NCBI GenBank assembly: GCA_047495785.1
Contig: JBLDXI010000023.1
Coordinates: forward strand, 186,001-250,000
Source: Lepidodermella squamata
Lineage: Eukaryota > Animalia > Gastrotricha
Length of the DNA: 64,000 bases
Direction of reading: 5' to 3'
The notes under the pieces were generated by a model. The model saw nothing but the letters and a program-made list of their open reading frames with translations, was not told the DNA's origin and ran no database searches. The translations under genes and the position numbers were made by a program. Below are positions 60,569 through 64,000 of this stretch, piece by piece. Within the stretch, counting starts at the first letter, position 1. Each line of letters starts with the position of its first letter.

Positions 60569-60640
60569 GGGGGCATAGCTCAGTGGTAGAGCGTCTCATT
60601 CGCATTGTGAAGGTCTCGGGTTCAATCCCCGATGCCTCCA
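60569..60640 (+). tRNA. tRNA-Ala(CGC)
   Basis: G3:U70 pair, loop TTCGCAT; one T-T mismatch in the anticodon stem. Confidence 0.85.
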
Positions 60641-60679
60641 GTTGGCCACTTTTTTCGCGTGAACGTTTGAGAAGTAATA

Positions 60680-62549
60680 CAGTGCTCCCTCGATAAAAGC
60701 ACTGGGTCGGGAGCCAGACCCGGTCTTTTAACAAGGGAAAGCTATAACGAGGGCTGTAATTGAATGCAGAAGCTAAAAATAGACCGTTTCTACGCCTTAG
60801 GACAGTTGCCATGCCAACGCGCAGAAAGAGACGGACACGGATTACGTGTCATTACAATTTTCGCTCGCTGAAGGCTGTGAAACAATAACACTGAATCATA
60901 AGTTCGTCGCCAAGTTTTTATTCTTATTTGCCAGGGCGGTTTTGATTTGACTGGTTGGCCTTGTTTTTTTTACTCTGATTTTAAGTCCTGCCTGGAAACC
61001 TGTATTCTCATTATTTCAATTTACTTCAAAAATGCCCAGCTCGTCCGATTTCGCAAACAACTTTCATTTGAAATAACAGCTTAAAACATCAATCACCTTG
61101 GTCAAGATTGACCAGAATACTTCTGAATTAATCACCAGCAAATTCAGCCAAACATTCTCAAGAAAATTCAGTGTTCAATTCAGAACTCATGCTTGGCCTA
61201 AAATTCGTAGAATTATTTAAAAAGTAATATGAAATTTGAAACAATTAGGATGAAAAATGTATTTTCGATAATTTCTTCTCGGTTAACCTGAATTTTTCTT
61301 TTTTAAATTCATCGATTAATGGCATTGAACAATCACGGGCCAATTTCAAGGCATAAGACGTGTGGCTCCGTCAAGAGGGAACGATTCGATAGGTCGTTTG
61401 ATTGAATGGAATAAATTTGTATATTCTCAGGCGGGATCTGATTTTTATTCAACTGACCTATTAAGATCAGAGCAAGGTAAAAAATCGGGCAGAAGCTCCC
61501 GCCGCCCCTCCTCGGGATGTTGCGATTTTCAAAGTCAAAATCGAATGATTAACAGTTGTGAAAAAACGCGGAAAATTGCCAGGGCGTTGAGCAATGAAAT
61601 CGTTAAGTAGTGGCAGCCAGTTTCATGGTAGATCAGGCCTATAGACTATCGAAAATCGGCTAACAATTCCAATGACTCAGGACAACTCGAACGATGAAAT
61701 CGGTTTATTATGAGAATAAATCTATGTATCTAAATTCAATTAAATCTGAAAACAAGGACTTCGCTTGATTACGCAACACAGCTGGGAAATAGTTTTGAAA
61801 AAACTGGAAAAAATCATTAATTTTCGACCAGAAAAACCTGAATTTTACTAGTCATTTCCCACGGCTCACGGTTTATTCCAGCGGGGTTCTCCCAAAAATG
61901 GAGAAATAACTACCGAATCGTTAACAAATACCACGAAGTTTCAATTTTTTCTGACAAAAGTCACGATTTCTAATCCTACTTCGATCATGTTGATAATTTA
62001 AAAAGCTTTTCTGGCCGGGAAAGCTGCTAAAACATGATAAATCAGGGCAATTCGATGGGTGTTTAATTGATCAGCTATTGATCTCAGAAAAATCTGCAAA
62101 TCAAGAAGATTGAAGATAGACGGGCATTCTTAAAGATGATGAAACGAGTTACTAATTGTTTTCTTATGAATTATGAACTGGCTGAAGAATTTCTGATGGA
62201 GTTTCAACTAAAAAAGCAGGACGACTCGCAGCACGACTTGAGTGGCAGCTAATCCACACACTCTGTTGCATAATCAGTCATTTCAAAACCACAAGAACAG
62301 CTTAATGCACTGATGATCTTTCAACTCGTTTGAACTGAACTTGAAATAACTGGATCTCATGAAACCACGACAACACGCCGCTAGGTTTCTAGGAACGCAA
62401 ATTTTTCACACTTAATTTTTTAAATTTATCCAATAATTATTGTTTGTTTAATTAAAAATTTACAACTAATTTATTTAGCAGGGTCCAAAATTGCGGTCTA
62501 CAAACGAGGGAGTTCTTTTAACGAGGGTGCCACTAACGAGGGAGCACTG
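60680..62549. mobile_element. 1.87-kb TA-flanked pogo/Tigger-like TIR element, apparently non-autonomous
   Basis: TA|CAGTGCTCCCTCG...CGAGGGAGCACTG|TA; three AACGAGGG subterminal repeats at the right end; no long ORF. Confidence 0.8.
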
Positions 62550-62585
62550 TAGCTATAATACTGATGATAAGCATGCGAAAAATAG

Positions 62586-62669
62586 TGTCAGAAGTGGGGT
62601 TCGAACCCACGCCCTCTTTCGAGGACCAGATCTTGAGTCTGGCGCCTTAGACCGCTCGGCCATCCTGAC
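62586..62669 (-). tRNA. tRNA-Leu(CAA), intronless
   Basis: GTCAGGATGGCCGAGCGGTCTAAGGCG CCAGA-CTCAAGA-TCTGG, long variable arm. Confidence 0.93.
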
Positions 62670-62768
62670 TGCCTGATTGAACATTCAATTGGATTCAGAT
62701 GAATAACCAGCGGGTTCAGCTTCGAGCATTCACTAAACCTCAAATCTTGTTTAGGCTGTACTTTATGC

Positions 62769-62834
62769 GACAGGGGGCGAAATCGCGTCGGACTTCGGAT
62801 CCGAAGATTGTGGGTTCGAGTCCCATCAGCGTCG
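62769..62834 (+). pseudogene. tRNA-Arg(TCG)-like gene with an aberrant 5' third
   Basis: Intact anticodon arm TCGGA-CTTCGGA-TCCGA and T-arm, but the 5' acceptor strand pairs only 4 of 7 and there is no normal D-loop/A-box. Confidence 0.7.
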
Positions 62835-62950
62835 TCCGCTTTTGTATTTTTGTTAGTTTCAATAATTCGCTTCAAAGGCCATTGAATAGAATATTTCGCC
62901 AACTGCTTGCGTAAATTTAATCTGCCTGCAATCTACCACGCATTTCAAGG

Positions 62951-63023
62951 GCCTTCCTAGCTCAGTCGGTAGAGCATGTGACTTTTAATCACAGGGTCGG
63001 GGGTTCGAGTCCCCCGGAGGGCG
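62951..63023 (+). tRNA. tRNA-Lys(TTT)
   Basis: TAGCTCAGTCGGTAGAGC; TGTGA-CTTTTAA-TCACA. Confidence 0.93.
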
Positions 63024-63110
63024 CAAGCTTTTTCCTCAGTTGCTCGGTTTAGCTGCATTCGGCTGATTTCACCGCTTCGTCGAATCACTTGCCGTGGCGT
63101 TAACTACGAA

Positions 63111-63183
63111 GGGGGATTAGCTCAAATGGTAGAGCGCTCGCTTAGCATGCGAGAGGTAACGGGATCGACGCCCGTATCCTCCA
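63111..63183 (+). tRNA. tRNA-Ala(AGC)
   Basis: G3:U70 pair; CTCGC-TTAGCAT-GCGAG; A54-type T-loop GATCGA. Confidence 0.93.
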
Positions 63184-63258
63184 CAATTTTTTCTGCCTGT
63201 AGAAACGGTTTGTTCGCCGAAATGAGACGTCGTCCCTGAAATTCTAGCTGTCACCTTC

Positions 63259-63330
63259 GGCTCAGTAGCTTAGTGGTAGAGCGTCTGCCTAGTAAGCAGA
63301 AGATCGAGGGTTCGATCCCCCCCTGAGCCT
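63259..63330 (+). tRNA. tRNA-Thr(AGT)
   Basis: Acceptor GGCTCAG/CTGAGCC; TCTGC-CTAGTAA-GCAGA; one A-C mismatch in the T-stem. Confidence 0.85.
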
Positions 63331-63414
63331 GGTATTGGGTGAATTTTTTGAAAATAAAGCCACAAAACTTTGCCAGTCAGTTTTTATGTTGCAGGCGTGG
63401 AAATGATAAAAATG

Positions 63415-63486
63415 TTCCCTGACCGGGAATCGAACCCGGGCCGCCGCGGTGAAAGCGCGGAATCCTAACCACTAGACCATCAGGGA
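63415..63486 (-). tRNA. tRNA-Glu(TTC)
   Basis: TCCCTGATGGTCTAGTGGTTAGGAT; CCGCG-CTTTCAC-CGCGG. Confidence 0.93.
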
Positions 63487-63577
63487 GATGATATGATGAC
63501 AACAAGACCGCTGGGCGTTTTGTGTTCATCTGTCACTTAGCGCTTTTTGCGCAGGTCGTCAAAGGTAAAAATGCGGC

Positions 63578-63649
63578 GGGCCCGTTCGGGAATTGAACCC
63601 GAGACCTCTCGCACCCGAAGCGAGAATCATACCCCTAGACCAACGGGCC
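63578..63649 (-). tRNA. tRNA-Pro(CGG)
   Basis: GGCCCGTTGGTCTAGGGGTATGATT; CTCGC-TTCGGGT-GCGAG. Confidence 0.93.
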
Positions 63650-63727
63650 GGTGCTACGCTACCGCTAAGATGAAGGCTCTACCTAAGCGTTCGTAATGGC
63701 ACTTGGGCTTAGCAAAAACGTGGGGCA

Positions 63728-63800
63728 CGCCGAGACCCGGGATCGAACCAGGGACCTTTAGATCTTCAGTCTAACGCTCTCCCAACTGAGCTATCTCGGC
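63728..63800 (-). tRNA. tRNA-Phe(GAA)
   Basis: GCCGAGATAGCTCAGTTGGGAGAGCG; TTAGA-CTGAAGA-TCTAA. Confidence 0.93.
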
Positions 63801-63874
63801 TATTAAGTACAGCAGTGCTAGAGTTGATGCTTCGCTAGCTCATCGCAAGCTGTTATAGTTTGATCTAAAAATTG

Positions 63875-63891
63875 CGCTCCTGGGTGGGCTC

Positions 63892-63931
<40 letters not shown>

Positions 63932-63948
63932 AATTGCGCCACAGAAGC
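63875..63948 (-). tRNA. tRNA-Asn(GTT)
   Basis: GCTTCTGTGGCGCAATTGGTTAGCGCG; TTCGG-CTGTTAA-CCGAA. Confidence 0.93.
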
Positions 63949-64000
63949 TCACGGCAGGCAGAACTAGCAGGAGGCAAATGCCTGAACAACGATTGGCCAA

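Noticed and set aside
62561-62590. CTGATGA..GAAA as a hammerhead ribozyme core
   Set aside because: No pairable stem II or flanking helices; other CTGATGA hits I checked fail similarly.
60359-62914. Short ORFs overlapping the tRNA cluster
   Set aside because: Incidental frames across tRNA genes and the non-coding TIR element; no transposase motifs recognised.

Overview
Gene-dense eukaryotic (invertebrate animal-like) DNA with many short GT-AG introns of about 50-60 nt; nothing here is prokaryotic, and there is no CRISPR array or rRNA. From left to right the window holds: two tandem orphan GABA-B-like class C GPCR genes; an unassigned multi-pass membrane protein; an ankyrin-repeat gene; a TM-NIT-TM guanylyl-cyclase-like gene; a truncated duplicate of a TPR-SET gene; an RTE-type retrotransposon fragment; an astacin-EGF-CUB-kringle gene; the intact TPR-SET gene; a GH27 alpha-galactosidase/NAGA-like gene; an 11-exon polyQ-rich WNK kinase; a small two-exon secreted multi-peptide precursor; the meiotic helicase HFM1/MER3; and a mixed-isotype tRNA cluster split by a TA-flanked TIR element. 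The best candidate for something undescribed is the 111-aa precursor at 51965-52355 (-). It only appears after splicing, and consists of a signal peptide plus four KR/RR-delimited peptides built on an exact 66-bp repeat, with a perfect 71-bp-arm foldback 1 nt upstream of its ATG. Also notable: four neighbouring enzyme-family genes (cyclase, astacin, SET, GH27) have intact reading frames but substituted catalytic motifs. Gene models were spliced by eye and family assignments come from motif recognition, not database searches.
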